The notes: generated from the letters alone by a model not told the origin. A stretch of DNA of 62,786 bases, filler included, from Choristocarpus tenellus KU-1152 (GCA_964200185.2; 11 parts of 11 records of this genome joined end to end with filler, not necessarily neighbours in it), one strand, 5' to 3'. Positions 36,745 to 50,385 are shown, counted from the first letter of the whole stretch. A program made the numbers and translations.

Positions 36745-37950
36745 GTGTTCCCTGTCAGTGTGCTTGGGTCCACCCCCACTGTTGTTGTAACACCAGCTGT
36801 GGTACCCCCCCCCCCCACCGTTGCCCCCGTAGTACCGGTCGCCCCCAACGTTGTAGCACCAGTGGTAGCCGTAGAACCAGTGGCAGCCGTAGAACCAGTG
36901 GTAGCCGTCACACTCGACGTGGCCGCTCCAGTAACCGTTGTAGACCCTGTAGCCGCCGTAGTCGTTGCAGTCGCCCCAGTAGCTGTTGTACCGCCTACTG
37001 TGGCCGCAGTGGCGGTAGCGGTGGTAACAGTTGAAGCGGTCGTGGCCGCTGCAGTTGCAGCTGTTGCTGTAACCGCCGCTGTAGAGGTCACCGTGGCCAC
37101 CACAGCCGTCGTAGCCACTGCCGCGACCGCCACTGTAGCGACAGTTGTCGCTGTCTCCTCCACCACCTCCTCAGTTGCCGTCTTGTTCGTCTCTTCTGTG
37201 ACGTTGCTGAGTGCTTTGGTCGGAGACGGTGTGAGTAAGACAGGTGAAGGTGTAGGACTGTAGGTCTCACCAATATCCAGAGGGGGTCGGGTTTCAACCA
37301 TTGTAGGAGGAATGGTTTCAGGTGTCAAAGTGCTTGGTGGCCCAGTTAACGGAGTAGGTGAGGGGGTCAGCCCAATGAGCGTTGGAGCTTGGGTGGGAGA
37401 ACTAGTCTCCAGGTTCTGGGATTCTCATTTTGCACAGAGAGAACCAACGAGGGCCCGCGATGATAAAAAAGGATGAAGCCCAGATGTCCCATCCAATCCG
37501 GACACAATCATATAGAGGAACAGTGGGATGGCGGGGCAGGGGGGTAAGGAAATACATTCTTAAGAAAAAGACTGGAGGGTGAAGGGACGGGTCGAGGACA
37601 AAGAACAACTGAGACATTGAGAGCTTCTGACACTTGCAGAGGGAGGTGGGTAGAAGTCCGATGTGGCAAAACAGTGTGTGACAAAAGAGTCACTTGGGAG
37701 GCGATGTTTCCCACAGAGGTAGATGAGATACCGCTATACAAAATCAATTCTCTTATATATTTTAGATGGTTAACTCCCTGTAGATTTCCAAAGCGGTCAC
37801 ATTGTGCAGCTCTCACCGCCGTGAGATTTGGGACTCGACAACAACACTACCAGCTGCCCAGTTGCCCACAACTAACATGAGGCAGGAGACAGCGAGCAGA
37901 CGCGCGTGATATTGAGGGCCGATAATTCCGTAGTCGGCTAGAGTTGGCAT
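36745..37950 (-). CDS. Thr/Ala/Pro-rich mucin-like surface or cell-wall protein, 3' partial
   Basis: More than 210 open codons of TPSPT and TATAAT repeats (36745-~37415); candidate first exon 37818-37950 with a hydrophobic signal-like stretch; exon linkage uncertain. Confidence 0.6.
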
Positions 37951-38391
37951 ATAGCCTGCAGTGAGTGAGTCAGCTAACTTCAAAAAAGAACTATCAGCAC
38001 TACTAGCTCTGACCAAATTGGAGCCCATTTAGAGTTTACGGCGCCAGCACACACAGAAGAAAGAGACTCCGTGTTGGCGATGTGCAGAGGACAGATGAAC
38101 AGACAGGTGGACATACAGAGAACTATAGTAAGTGTGTTGCCAGTGCCCACAACCCATGTTACGGCAGGTTCAAGAATCGAAAGAGCAAGAGCGTATGTTC
38201 ACTCTTGATGCATCAGAACAATTGGCAGCGCAGCCACTCCATTTGACCTCCACTTGCTCACTTCCCAAGCGCGATTAACAGTCGTCTTCGCCATGTCCCT
38301 CGTCGGGTGATCCTCGCAAAACTGTATACTTTCAACAAAGTCGACTTTCACAATTGACCCTCGAGGTACACTCTCCATACCGCGCACACAC

Positions 38392-38850
38392 CTGCATTCT
38401 CCGCTGGTTCTCAAATGGCAAGGGCTCTGACTCCCCTGGCACCAGCTTCACAACATGGCTCTCCTCAGGGTCCTTCCACTCTGTAGTCCCATTAGGCAAC
38501 ACAGGCTCTGGATCGGCTCCCTCTCCCAGCCCACCACCAATCCACATGAAACCCACTCCACTTTCTTTCATGTTCCAAAATACAGCAGGTGCTAGAAGGT
38601 CCCCAGAGCCTCCATGGACCCCACCCCCCTCAGCAACCCCGCTCTTTTCTGCTCCTCTCTTCTCGTCCTTAGCTATGGCTGGGTGGGACTGATCTTCTAC
38701 CTCACAACTAACCACAGCTGATCCTCCCGCATCAAATCCTGCTCCTGCACCTGCCCCAGCTCCAGTCCCTCCCTTGAATTCAAGGGATTGTACTCCTGTG
38801 GTCAATGACCCTCGGAGTGCAGAGTGCTCCAGCGCAACAGGTGTAACCTT
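38392..38850 (-). CDS. Probable exon of a hypothetical Gly-rich protein
   Basis: Long open frame ending at a CAG|GTGTGT donor; no recognisable domain. Confidence 0.3.
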
Positions 38851-40402
38851 TTTATATGGTAGAGGTGAGAGTGGGTGGGTTTGCAAGAGTAGACTCAGGG
38901 TGGCCAGCAGAGAACTCAATTATTTCAGGGTAATATTTATGTATATATATATATATGAGTTGCAAATATCAACTGCATACAGGAGGGCAGAGTTGGGTAG
39001 TGTAGGGCTATTATATCGGCAAGAAAGACCATCTCTTCATCACATTGTATGCATAGAGGTCAAATTTATCATAAAGAAGATAACAGACTGCAGTTGTATT
39101 TTATCAAGACAACATCACCAGGGAAGCAGTGGTGCTTGTAGCCCAGGGTCACTCATTCACACACATAAGAGGAACAGAAAAACAGTAAGAAAATACGCCT
39201 CCAAGGTAACAGTATTGCTCTACTTGATCTCCGCTCCCCTTCTCTCAATACCTCTCTCCTTCCCCCTCATTTCACTCCCATGGGCCTGTAACAGAAATGA
39301 AATGATTGAAAGGCATGTTTAATTGTGTCTCACCTCTTCACAGGCATTCACATTTCCAGTGGCAGTAAGGAGGCATAGCACTGTCCTCAGAATCTCTTTT
39401 CCTGTTGGCATGAGATTAGACAGTGCCTACAGTTGATTTCTTTCCTCCTTCCCCTTCTTTGCAAGGGTAGAAATTTACCCAATGAAGGGGAAGAAGGTGC
39501 CTTGATCGACACCTGTCTAGCAGCCCAAGTGCCTCTAACAAAGGTGTCTTGTATATGCCACTGGCCTCAAGCCCAATCTAGGAGCCTGTTCAATGATGAG
39601 AACAGAAACAGTCCCCAGGTAGGGTATGGACAGGGATGTGATGGATAGAGAGTAAGCAGACACAGTGGTCTGATTTTCTAAAAGCAATGCGGTCTACCTC
39701 TATCCCATTTAATTTCTGAAATTGGCTCGGCTCAATGGAAGGGGGGGTATGGGGAGGACTAGTGATAGTCTGGCGCGGCAATAACAATGACCCAAACAAA
39801 ACCACCCAGAACATTACGTCGGTTTTGAAACCAAAACCCTCCCATGGGAATGGGGACCCTGCGATGCACAGACATGCAACCGCACCAATCACAGCTATGT
39901 CAGCGCGCAAGTCTTCACTACCTGGAATGTTTCTCTTCAACCTTCGAAAGCTCAACGTACACTAGTGCCATTACACAATCCAATCGTGATAATCGCTATT
40001 TCAATCGCCTTATATCATCCTGTGTGAGGGCCGGTTGAGTCAACATGTTCGAAGAACTAGGACGGGAAACTTGAATAACAAAACCCCCCAAACACCATCC
40101 ACTACCAACATCAATTGGGTTCTGGGCAGCAGGGGAGAGGGTGAAATTCAGGGCTACTTGATTGCAATCGCATGAACCAGTGTCGAGAAGACGTCACATT
40201 TTCACACACGGGTTATATTATCCGTGTGTCATTCTTGTTTCTCTACCTAATAACTGAGCAGAAAATAATCCCTGGATCAACTTTCCTGAGTCCTAATAAT
40301 AGCACATTTTCAAACAGTTGTTCATCTAAACGGACTCAAGATAAGAAAAACCACCAGGCTTAAGGTCACTCCCAATACAGAATCTTTTGGTGCTCTTTGC
40401 TG

Positions 40403-40640
40403 AGGTTACATTTTAAGGATCCCGAGAAATGGCTAAAAGGCGCCATATTGTACGATTGCAGAGAGAGACTCAATTGTGGTGTCACTTTGTGTGTGGAAAG
40501 AGGAAACATCAATGAACATCATTTTGGGTACACTGTTGTGCCCATAGAGAAAATTGAATAGGATGTATTACACAGGATAAGAAAGATAGCTTTGGATGCA
40601 AAAGGGCGCAAACCTGCCCATCTCTCAACTGCTTTTGCTC
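40403..40640 (-). mobile_element. MITE family D, diverged copy lacking one terminus
   Basis: Aligns to the reverse complement of ~30540-30765. Confidence 0.7.
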
Positions 40641-43223
40641 TGAACGGTCAAAGGATCCCCCCCCAAGCCCCGAACACTACTATACTACTGAGCTGAAACA
40701 GAAGCACCCTAGTGTGCGATACTTGGTTCTCTTTTACAGTTACATCCTGCTCAATAGTTACCTACCAGTCAACCTTGTTTACTGGGTGTTTCACCTGCGT
40801 CTGGTGTCCTGCCTCAAAGCGGACTTCTCTCACGTCTCTCTTGAAATTCTCCCCCCCCTGAAACCTGAAGGGTGTGCGTGTTGTTGTTGCTACTTATCTT
40901 CCTTAGGATAAATTTCGCCTGGACCTTCCTCTTCCCCACCCACAACTCACAGATCACGATAGCACTTGCCCTCTAATTGTCCTTCTTCACCAATACTAAC
41001 AGTACAAGTTAGTAGTACGTCCTCTCTTTGGACACACCTTCTCCATAAAACACAGCAATTGGTAGAACGAGGAAAATTATTTCAAAATCTTGAAACTATT
41101 CCAGATTTCGAGAAAGATCTATCAAACTAGAAAAGAACTAAAAAATACTACTGGATTGTATATAGTGTCAGCTTGGTTTTATACAAATACACTATTATGT
41201 ATAATATTATTTTAAAACTTTTTTCCCATGTCAAAAGATAACAATAAAAGTAGTGAGTAGTAAGGAGTGAGTTGTCCCTTTTGAATAGAACCTTAAATAA
41301 GGCGAGGTGAATATCGTGATGTATTATATTTGTGATACAATTGTTTTTTTTAATTTACTACCAAAGTAATATAAGGCGTGTTTGGACCATATTTCATACA
41401 CTCAACTTGAAGTGATCAGGCATGGTTGTCAAGGGTAGTCACAACCCTGTTTGTTTGTGGTTGCATCTATGTAATTACTATATAGTAATACCTTGTGTAT
41501 ACTTCAGCCATGACCTTCAACGAAACATTGCTGTGTCATTCCTAGCATGACTCCCAGATCAATATACGACTTCACTGGGATAAGTATCAGTGTGGATGCT
41601 ACCTCCATAGAATTTGCGACATATTGGACTCTATTGGAGACAATCAAATGAAGAGGTTGCGGTTTGATTGTCATGCTCCAAATGAGTATACTTCTGAGGA
41701 AGAGAAGAATGACGAGTCCAACCGTCATGATGACCCCGTCATTGTCTCAGTGCTTTCCTCCAACTAGAAATAGCCTTGTCGCCAATGGCAAGTTGCAGCT
41801 GTCTGGTACAAGGCTGGCTTTTGGGAAAAATTTCGAAAACACAGTTGGGAGGCAGTGCCTTCTCAAGCACAGGAAAGGAACAGGGGAAGCGCAAGGACAA
41901 CATGCAGGTGGTGCCGACAAAAGGAGGCAAACATCTTTGGCTTTAAAAGGTGATTTGGTGAACTTGCTATTGGTAGACGATGTATTACATTGATATAATC
42001 AAGCGACAAAGTGTTGTGTGAGGACCATCTCAATAATTCAATCCTGTGAGGAGGAGATTGGGAAGCAACTTCTTGACAGTGGAAAGGGCAATGAAAAGGC
42101 GGTTAGGAACCACAACACCTAGAGGTAAGCTCTTACTAATGCGATCATATCTGTGTGTTATGGTACTACTCATGAACATGACAATCTTTATATCCTTTTT
42201 CAAAACGGTCCACTTTATGGCGTGTCAGGTCCAATATGTTAAAATTCATTGTAGAAAAAGACAACAGTTGTTGGTAGTGGACTTTCACGAATAAGGCGAG
42301 TTGATGTGACATATGTTACTCAGAATAGGGAAGACTAATAACATTTCACCAACCTTTAATATTGTATGGTTTTATGTTGATCTTTATAAGTGTCAAACCC
42401 ATCTTCTGAAGAAGGTATACCTTAAAGGTAACTTATCTTGAAGAATTTGATATTCATAGGACATTTATTTATTGAACATGTCTACTAAAATCTCCAACGA
42501 ACTACTAAATCTTTGAGGAAATCGATTGGATTTTATGACAAACAGCTGACAGTAGTAGCTGCTTACATCATTCTAGGATATGTACTATTTTATTCTAATA
42601 AAATTTGGATTAGATGGAAACAACCGTTCTAACAGATATAAAATCAGAAAATCTAGACTGACATCTGTTTCCTTTGCCCTGAATATTCTTGTGGTGTGTA
42701 GAAAGGAATTGATATACACTTTATACTTCTTTTCTTGACATTTGCCCATTGATGGATTGATTTGGTGAAGAGCAGTTCCGTTGATAATGCTCCCATTTAC
42801 ACATAGTTTGATAAATTAAAGGATTTTTGTACAATACAGTGTTGGTAGTCACCTCCTGCATCAACTTTGTCGTGTCATAACTTTTGATCAACAACGATTT
42901 CTTTCATGATAATTCGTTTGCTGAAATCGCGTCAGCATGGTTAACCTTATTGATGGGTCTCGGTTGGTCAACTTGGAGTAATCGTGAGAAATACAGGACC
43001 ATACTTAAATCAAGTAGTTCGCGCAGGAGTGCCACGCGGCGCCTCGAACCGCGCATTTAAGGATGATTTTGACACCAGAAGAGGCCATCTTCACCTGGAG
43101 AACATGCTCGTTGTTGTCCCTCCATTATCTTTCTATTACTTCCCGTTGATGCAATGCTGTCCCCTGCTGACTAAGGCTCACTCATGAGAGCCTGGACAAT
43201 TGAAACACGCAATCCATGCCAAG

Positions 43224-43523
43224 TCAATTGAGGTATTCTGAAGGTGCAGGCCTCCTCTGGGACTTAAATGTCTCGTACACCCTGTCCAATTCGGTGCACT
43301 CCATGCCTTTATCGTTGGAATATATCAGGCAGTAAGCAATACTCATCCTGAAGAACCTCTCCACAAATACTCTGGATAGCCCCCCTTCCTTCTTAAGACC
43401 GACAGGAATGTTGGCTCTCATTCCAGGCAACGTGTAGTCACAGTGGTCTCGTACATAGTGCTTCGCCCGCCCCCAGACCATCTCTATCAGATTCAATTCA
43501 CAGTGTCGTGTGAGGGGCAGGCG
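43224..43523 (-). mobile_element. IS630/Tc1-mariner-type DDE transposase C-terminal fragment
   Basis: HCELNLIEMVWGRAKHYVRDHCDYT...FKSQRR matches the HCELNPIE..W...K...R..C.Y / YKSHRR pattern; N-terminus absent. Confidence 0.8.
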
Positions 43524-43619
43524 ACAACTCGGAGCTCATTGGGCGTCACAGTGTCCTGTGAGTGGCTTAAGCAGTATTAAGCCGAGGTCCCCCCACGTAC
43601 TGTTTTGGCGGTTACCAAT

Positions 43620-43921
43620 CTTGTTATTTTTGAAAAGGTTGCCCAACGAGCTGATCGACGATCATTATATCCAATGAAAGCTCTGGATCTAGGATATCGA
43701 TTTATGCAAAGGCATTCTTTCGGAAAAATATGTTTGGTCATGATAATTCATTCCGAAACATTTTCAAGGTTGTGCCGAAAATATTCGGTTAAATTTAACC
43801 TTGCCAAACCATTTTTCCGAACAAATTACTTTAAGGAAATCGATAGCTTAGATCCATAGCTTCCATTCGATATGCTGATCGTTGTTTAAATCGTTGGGCA
43901 ACCTTTTCAAAAAAAAACAAG
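43620..43921. mobile_element. ~300-bp foldback (palindromic) element
   Basis: Imperfect inverted arms of ~145 bp (TTTTGAAAAGGTTGCCCAACGA / TCGTTGGGCAACCTTTTCAAAA etc.), short loop, flanks ACCAAT/ACCAGT. Confidence 0.85.
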
Positions 43922-44299
43922 ACCAGTCTGATCATATAGGTCATTACTACATACAAGCCTTGTTGAAAGGGATGCTACAGGGTCACACCGAGAACAGCAT
44001 AGGGATGGAGAGAGACTGAAGATCCTTGGCATTAGGCTTGCCAGTGAAGGGAATGAGTTTATGTACTTCAAAGGGAAAAGGGTGGTGGTAGTCTGGATGT
44101 AATTGATGTTGCCATATTCTTGTTGTGCAGAGCATCTGAGCCTTTTGAGGATGAAGAGGGAGGTGAATAAGAGATTTCTGGTGAGAGTATATGTGAGGGA
44201 AAGGGGACAGAAAAGGTCACGTGGGACAGAAGGGAGGAAGTAGACTGGGTAGATTTCTTGTTCTGAAGGGGGAAACAGACCAAAAGAGGGAGGAGGAAT

Positions 44300-44858
44300 G
44301 TGGGGAGGAGAAATGTTACAAAAAAACATCCGCAATCTTACCATGATGGGATGTGTAGGTCCAATCCACAAGACTGTATGTCGATGATCTGCTACAGGCG
44401 AATAGCGCGAATATTTCTTCCCACGCTTCAACCGGCGCGAGCAGTGTACGCGCGTGGGGAACCCCAAAAGGGAGAACTCCGATTTGCTAAAAAGTTGCAG
44501 AATAAGATATATAACTCGGGAAAGTCGCAAGGGTCCCCAGATGGAAAGGTCGCAAGGGTTCTCAGATATATTCTGATGTTTGTATAAACCAAAGAAGCCC
44601 CAACGATAAATGATGATAAGAGATTCTGAAAACGGCTCCAAAATGCTCAGTTCGGTTCTAAAGAGATCCACCTAAAGCACTCTCTACATCTGATATCGTA
44701 AACGTTTCTTATACATATTGGTTCATTGAGAGTACCCCTGTTCTGCTCAGCTGACGTTCGTCGTTAACCTGTGGAATTAAGCTACCCATCCTCTGGAGGT
44801 AAGTTTCTGGAGCGTGCCTGTAACATTGGGGTCCTACCGAGACTTCCACCCTGTAACA
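44300..44858 (+). mobile_element. LTR (44314-44825) preceded by a PPT and followed by a tRNA-Gln-type PBS (44827-44842)
   Basis: GGGGAGGAGAAA-TGTTACA...TGTAACA-T-TGGGGTCCTACCGAGA; resembles the known tRNA-Gln PBS TGGAGGTCCCACCGAGA. Confidence 0.7.
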
Positions 44859-44969
44859 GATCAGGTTCGTAGAAAGCTTTATAAAGGAAATGCCGACAAA
44901 TATGTTGGATCTCTCAAATCGATTAATAACTTTATTGTTTTCGAAGGGGTATAAATAGGAATGAATAAG

Positions 44970-45038
44970 GGCTCAAAGTATCTGGGAGGGGGTGGCGGCT
45001 CTCCATTTGGGGGCCATTTTTTCATGTCGCGATTTCTG
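44970..45038 (-). mobile_element. MITE family B partial (contig end); another B terminus at 50148
   Basis: GGCTCAAAGTATCTGGGAGGGGGTGGCGGCT. Confidence 0.85.
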
Positions 45039-47303
45039 NNNNNNNNNNNNNNNNNNNNNNNNNNNNNNNNNNNNNNNNNNNNTTAATTAATTAANNNNNN
45101 NNNNNNNNNNNNNNNNNNNNNNNNNNNNNNNNNNNNNNAACAGACCAACCATCGCCCTTTTCCCACCCCCCCCCTCCATCCTTTTTATAGTACCCCCCCC
45201 TCCCCCCCCCCCCCCCCCCCCCCCTTCTAGGATACTACGGGCGTTTACACTTGTATTTTTGTTACTTTTTAGATTTCAGTTCTTGACAGGGACGTCTATG
45301 TATTGAACGACAGTTTCCTGTTTTACGTGTTTTAGTGACCCTTCATGTTTTGTTTCTTTGTAAGGACGAGGCGATCTTTGTACTCCGGAGTATGACAACA
45401 CCTTGTTTTAATCTTTTTGTGATCTTTTTTCTTGCTTTATGTTGAAGGTGAGAGTCTCTGAACGCGCTGCCTTCAGTTTTTTGCTAATATTTGATGTTCA
45501 GGGAAAAGTCTCTCATGGACAGTATACATATAGTTGGGATCACGATGTGCTTGGATTGTCTTATTGAGGGTTAAATCAGATGCAGGATGAACGCCATAAG
45601 GTAGGAGTATCATGTTAGCATATCTGTCACTACAGAACTGCTGGAAGATCACGTTTTCGTCGAGTTTCCTCCTCCCCTGGATCCTAAATTGTTGCCTGTT
45701 CTTGATTATATGTTTGGACCCGGTGGTCACATTCAGTTCGCATCTGCTACATTGAATTTTCAGGATGATGATAAGGAGAGTTGTCTCATCTCCTTCTCTT
45801 GCCTGATGATAGCATTGAAACTGTTCTGCCTTTTCTCCACTTGTTGTGACAACGTGTGTGAACCCCTCTTTGACATTGGGATTAATCGATCATAGGGCAG
45901 GACAATGCCAGTCACTAATAAACAAATCACGCTCTGGTTCAACCTTTTCAACACTTGTCACGGCTTGGGGTAAAGGCGGTCTCGGGGGAAGTGGCGACAA
46001 GAGCTTCCAGTATTTCTCACAAATTAGTCACTAGCGACAGGTAGAACTGTCTTCCTTTGCTCGCTGGCATTTTGGAGATGTTATCATCATGAGGGAAACA
46101 ACGGCAGAAGATCACAACTAGTACCACATAATTTGTATGCACATTTAGTACTGCTCTACAGCTCTACTTACAGCAATTGTTTCATCAGCACACCAAAAAA
46201 TAGTCAGAACGGGGTGTTGTAGCGGTTAGAAATACTCACGCGTGTAGGTTCTTGTGAGTACTGACAATAATCTTATTAGACCAGACAGTACTTTGTACTA
46301 CTGTAGCGCTCTCTAATAGTATTATTTGGTTCTAAGCGCTCTCTACAGTGCAACAGATCCCTAAAGAGACGTAGCCAGCTTACTATAAATATGCCAGAGT
46401 CTGCACTACCAGCTTCTAGTGGTCCATAGTATCGCAGCAGCATATTGAAGAATTGTGCCTAAGCAATAGCCTCATCCAGGTAAGCACAGCTGGAATAAGC
46501 ACACATGCATTGTGGACTGGCCGCTCCTCTACTCCCTCACTTTATTGTTGTATATTGAACGTGACCAAAGCAGATGCCAGTCTCTCCTGACACAATAATA
46601 AAACCTCACATACGTGCACACACTGTGTAAACTCACATGGTAGTGACCCAAGCACACACAATACTACATAAACGAGCAGAAAATATCAAAATAATATAGT
46701 AATCTTGCACCCCAATTCATTGGGCAGGGGCTGCTGCAGGCAAGTTTGTCTTCAAGGCTGTACTCATGCACAGATTCGATTTTTGGAAATAGTACCTGTG
46801 CTCGCTGCCTTCAACTCTGTAAATCGTCTGTACCCAATACACAATCTTGAGTACTCCATGCTTGTCAAATACCTCAGGCGCGAACTATGTTGGAGGGGTG
46901 GCATGTCAGTAGAGAGGACTTGAACTCAGCATTCCTTAGCTACTTGAAGTACAGCAGGAGTCGGATCATCTAACCCAGTATGCATACAGTCCACACCTTC
47001 TACTGGAAAACATCGCACAATGCAATCTATCCCTTTTCATGCATGTACTAACCTCTCTAATACCATCCATCTTAATCACCTTGTCAAGGAGAGCAAGGTG
47101 GAAGCGTAAGGGTCCTCACCTTGGATGGTTTACTTAATCACTACCCTACCTCAGCACTCACAAGAAATTCATCTGGAAGACCAACATGAATGCACGTACA
47201 TGTTGATACAGGTGGAAGCCAACCAGCTACCACCAAAGGAACCTCACAACTGGTTGAGCCACTACTAACCCCCTCTTCAAGGGTCGGTCCCTTTCGCTAA
47301 TGG

Positions 47304-49194
47304 TCACTTGTCATCATAGTCCATCCCATTCTCGAGCATGAAGCGCTCCAACCTTGCCTCGAGGATGGAGGCAGAGTCATAATCCTTGGCCTGAACCTGT
47401 TATTCTTGTTTTTGTTAGAATGTAAGTGCTATGTATCGAGGAGTGGGGGGGAGAGGGCGGGGGGGCCCGCAGTGGCATGATGAAGAGCTTGGTTGGCCTA
47501 GCCCGCCAAAACTAAGCATATGGTCTGTGAACAACATGTGCTTGTGTTGATACCAAGAAGTCACACTCATATATCTACATCATCTTCTGTTGGAAAATCG
47601 TCACCTTCATCTCACCACAAGGGGGGGTACTGCCATGCGTACTGGAAACATGGTACACACTTAAAGGAACACCTACAATTCTACCTTGCTAACATACTTT
47701 GCTCCATAGGAACCTAATCTGTTATCGAGCACTGCAGGTGTGGTGTAGGTCATAATATACCACCAGGATTCAACACTTGACAGCTACTGACACTCATTGG
47801 AGTTGAACAAGTCCTTGCTTCCCTGTTGACCACAAGTCATCAAAGCAAAAAAATGAGGGGATTAGGAGATTGTGATGCAGGGAGAAAAGCAAACTGATTG
47901 TGCCACCCACAAGAATCTCAAACTGTGTGCCCCTAAACGAAATAGTTAGATGGCTGGTGTGCCCATTCCCTACTTTGTACGTTCCTCATCAGACTTGCAG
48001 AGGCCGGAGGACAACGGTAGGTAGGGGGTGTAGCAGGTGAGGTTGCACAAAACGCTGAAGATTTATTTTACAATGACTGGTATAATAACTTGAAAATAAT
48101 ATGAAATATCCAAGAGCTGCACAGGATAGTGCTTGAATCAAAAACCTCAGCATACATTTTATTGAGGCACCACTACCAGACCCATTTTGCAGTTCTTTGG
48201 AGCACATACAACATAACACATATTATAAGCAGTACATGCTACGGCATGATGCTGTCTCTAACTTTAGGAAGCCCCAGGGACAAAAACTTTCCATGCCTAC
48301 AACAATATCCTTCCCTTATCCAGCACTATTGCTCTCACCGCCTCTAGTAGCTGTGACCGGATCGAATCTGCCTCAGCCACAATATCCAACTCCTGCTTGG
48401 CCCCCATATCCTGCAGCCATGGCATCCACGGGGTAGGGATGGATAGGCAGTTGTAGGTATATATATACCCTCAATGGGCATAAAACCCCCTGATAAAATA
48501 TAAATAGAAGTACTTGAAGAGACTAGAACGTTCACCACACAAGGTTCTGCCTCGCTGTAGGATTAGGGGGAGCACACACAGGAAAAAAACACAACATACC
48601 CACCAAGCAATAGAGTAGTTACCCAAAGGTTCCTTACGCCCTTACCTACTACGAACAAAACTGTGATATTGGCACTAGAAATAGAAACATGAAAAAAAAT
48701 CAATCATAGAACAGAAGAACTACAGACTCTTGCTTCCCCTGTTTCACAGTAGGCAAGACAGATGAGGAGGGTGCACAACTGTGCCTCGTGTGCCTGCCTC
48801 TCTGCCTGCCTGACTTTGTGTGTGTGATGTGCTTGTGCGTGCAATGGGATTTAGGGGAGTTGAAAGGGAGCAAGTGCTGCTTGCTGTTCCCCTTGTCCAA
48901 ACATGTTGGAGGCCTCTGATGTCATTACTTGCGTCTAGATGAGTATAGACATTGACATCAACCTATTGCAATCTGTAAAACACAGCTGGCCAGGATTTGC
49001 CATCCACCTCTCACCAGGCCAGCGTCTCCATCAAGGTTGCCATTACGCTGTTCCTGCTGCTGCCTGCCACCTTCTTGTAGGCTCGGCTGGGACCTTCGAG
49101 TGGGTTGGTTATAGACCTCCACGAAGTCCAGATCAGGTAGCCGGACCTTGTCCAAGATGCTGTTAGACTTGGGTTCAAACTTCTTCATTGTATT
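47304..49194 (-). CDS. 3' part of a gene with a UVR-like C-terminal helical hairpin; exons 49015-49194, 48339-48410, 47304-47396
   Basis: Three phase-0 AG/GT exons ending in TGA; IRSQLLEA|VQAKDYDSASILEARL resembles the UVR consensus L..AV..EDYE.AA.L...L. Confidence 0.6.
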
Positions 49195-50385
49195 CTAAGG
49201 CAATAGAAACGCAAGAGATGGAGAGGCCCGCAGAGGCAAAGATGAGGGCATGTTTGCTGCTAGCGTAATGTCAATGATACTAAATATACTCCTATGAAAG
49301 AAACTATAACTATGTTAAATACAATGTTTTCTGGGTTAGATGTTGAGTTGGTAGAATAAAGCAACATGGTCAATGGAGATCCCGTCACCTCTATGCTGAA
49401 GTTCTGGCACACTGTGTTCACCTATTAATACAATTGAGTTAACATTCTTTCAACATCCCCCTGTCCTCAACCCTGTTGAGAGCATGCCTTCCTTTTCGCG
49501 CAAAAAGCAAAACAAGATCCATCTAGGCAGAGGTGTGTCGTACTAGGCAAGTAAGATGGAAGGGGCAACAGGCAACAGGGAGGGGTTCAAAAGAGGGAAC
49601 TGAATAAGAGAGCTTCCTCATCATCACCAAATGCTGTGTCTTGTTATGGAACCACACTAGACCAATGTTGAGGCAATTGTGGGGTGATACACTTGAGAGT
49701 GGAGCTTTACAGGCCACAGTTGGGTTTTTAGGCTATATCTTGTACCTACTACAAGTAGAGAAAAGCAAGCATGCTGCATGATAGAATTTCTTGTAATTTA
49801 AAATACTTCAAAATGCTTCTGTGTTGGTAGTGATGGATAACGTTAGGGGGATAAGTGAGATACTTTGATGTTTTTCAAACATTGTCTGCTGGATTATAGT
49901 TGAAGTGCTCGTCTCAACATTGCAGCGAAAATGGATACCTGTTACAAAGTTTCATGTTGTATGCATTGACACCCATGCACATCACTAACAGTGTACACTT
50001 CACCCTTTGAACAGAGTTTTCAATTGAAGCAGAATTAGTATCCAGACACTGGCAGTCGCCTAGTCCTCATAACCTTAGATGATACAGAATCTGGTCCCTT
50101 TTTTGTTAATAACAGAGTACTGCAGTGCCGACAAAACACACACAAGGGGGTCAAAGTATCTGGGGGGGGGGGGGGGGGGGGGGGGGGCGGACGTTTTTCT
50201 CCTTTTTTCTTTTTTNNNNNNNNNNNNNNNNNNNNNNNNNNNNNNNNNNNNNNNNNNNNTTAATTAATTAANNNNNNNNNNNNNNNNNNNNNNNNNNNNN
50301 NNNNNNNNNNNNNNNCCAGCCTCTTCCCTCCCCACCTAACCTGTCCCTATCCGGCACAAATGTTCTCGGGCTACTGCTGAGGTAG

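Noticed and set aside
36745-37263. 172-aa Val/Ala-rich plus-strand ORF
   Set aside because: Antisense shadow of the Thr-rich minus-strand ORF.
41500-42050. Broken ORF with TCRWC...VLCEDH, suggestive of a piggyBac cysteine-rich tail
   Set aside because: Multiple stops and frameshifts, no catalytic core or TTAA/TIR ends found; too weak to call.
43907-44671. 254-aa minus-strand ORF
   Set aside because: Spans the PPT/LTR junction in antisense, has low-complexity composition and no motif.
45473-46030. Near-continuous minus-strand reading frame with one stop
   Set aside because: No recognisable domain or splice structure; possibly a decayed TE.
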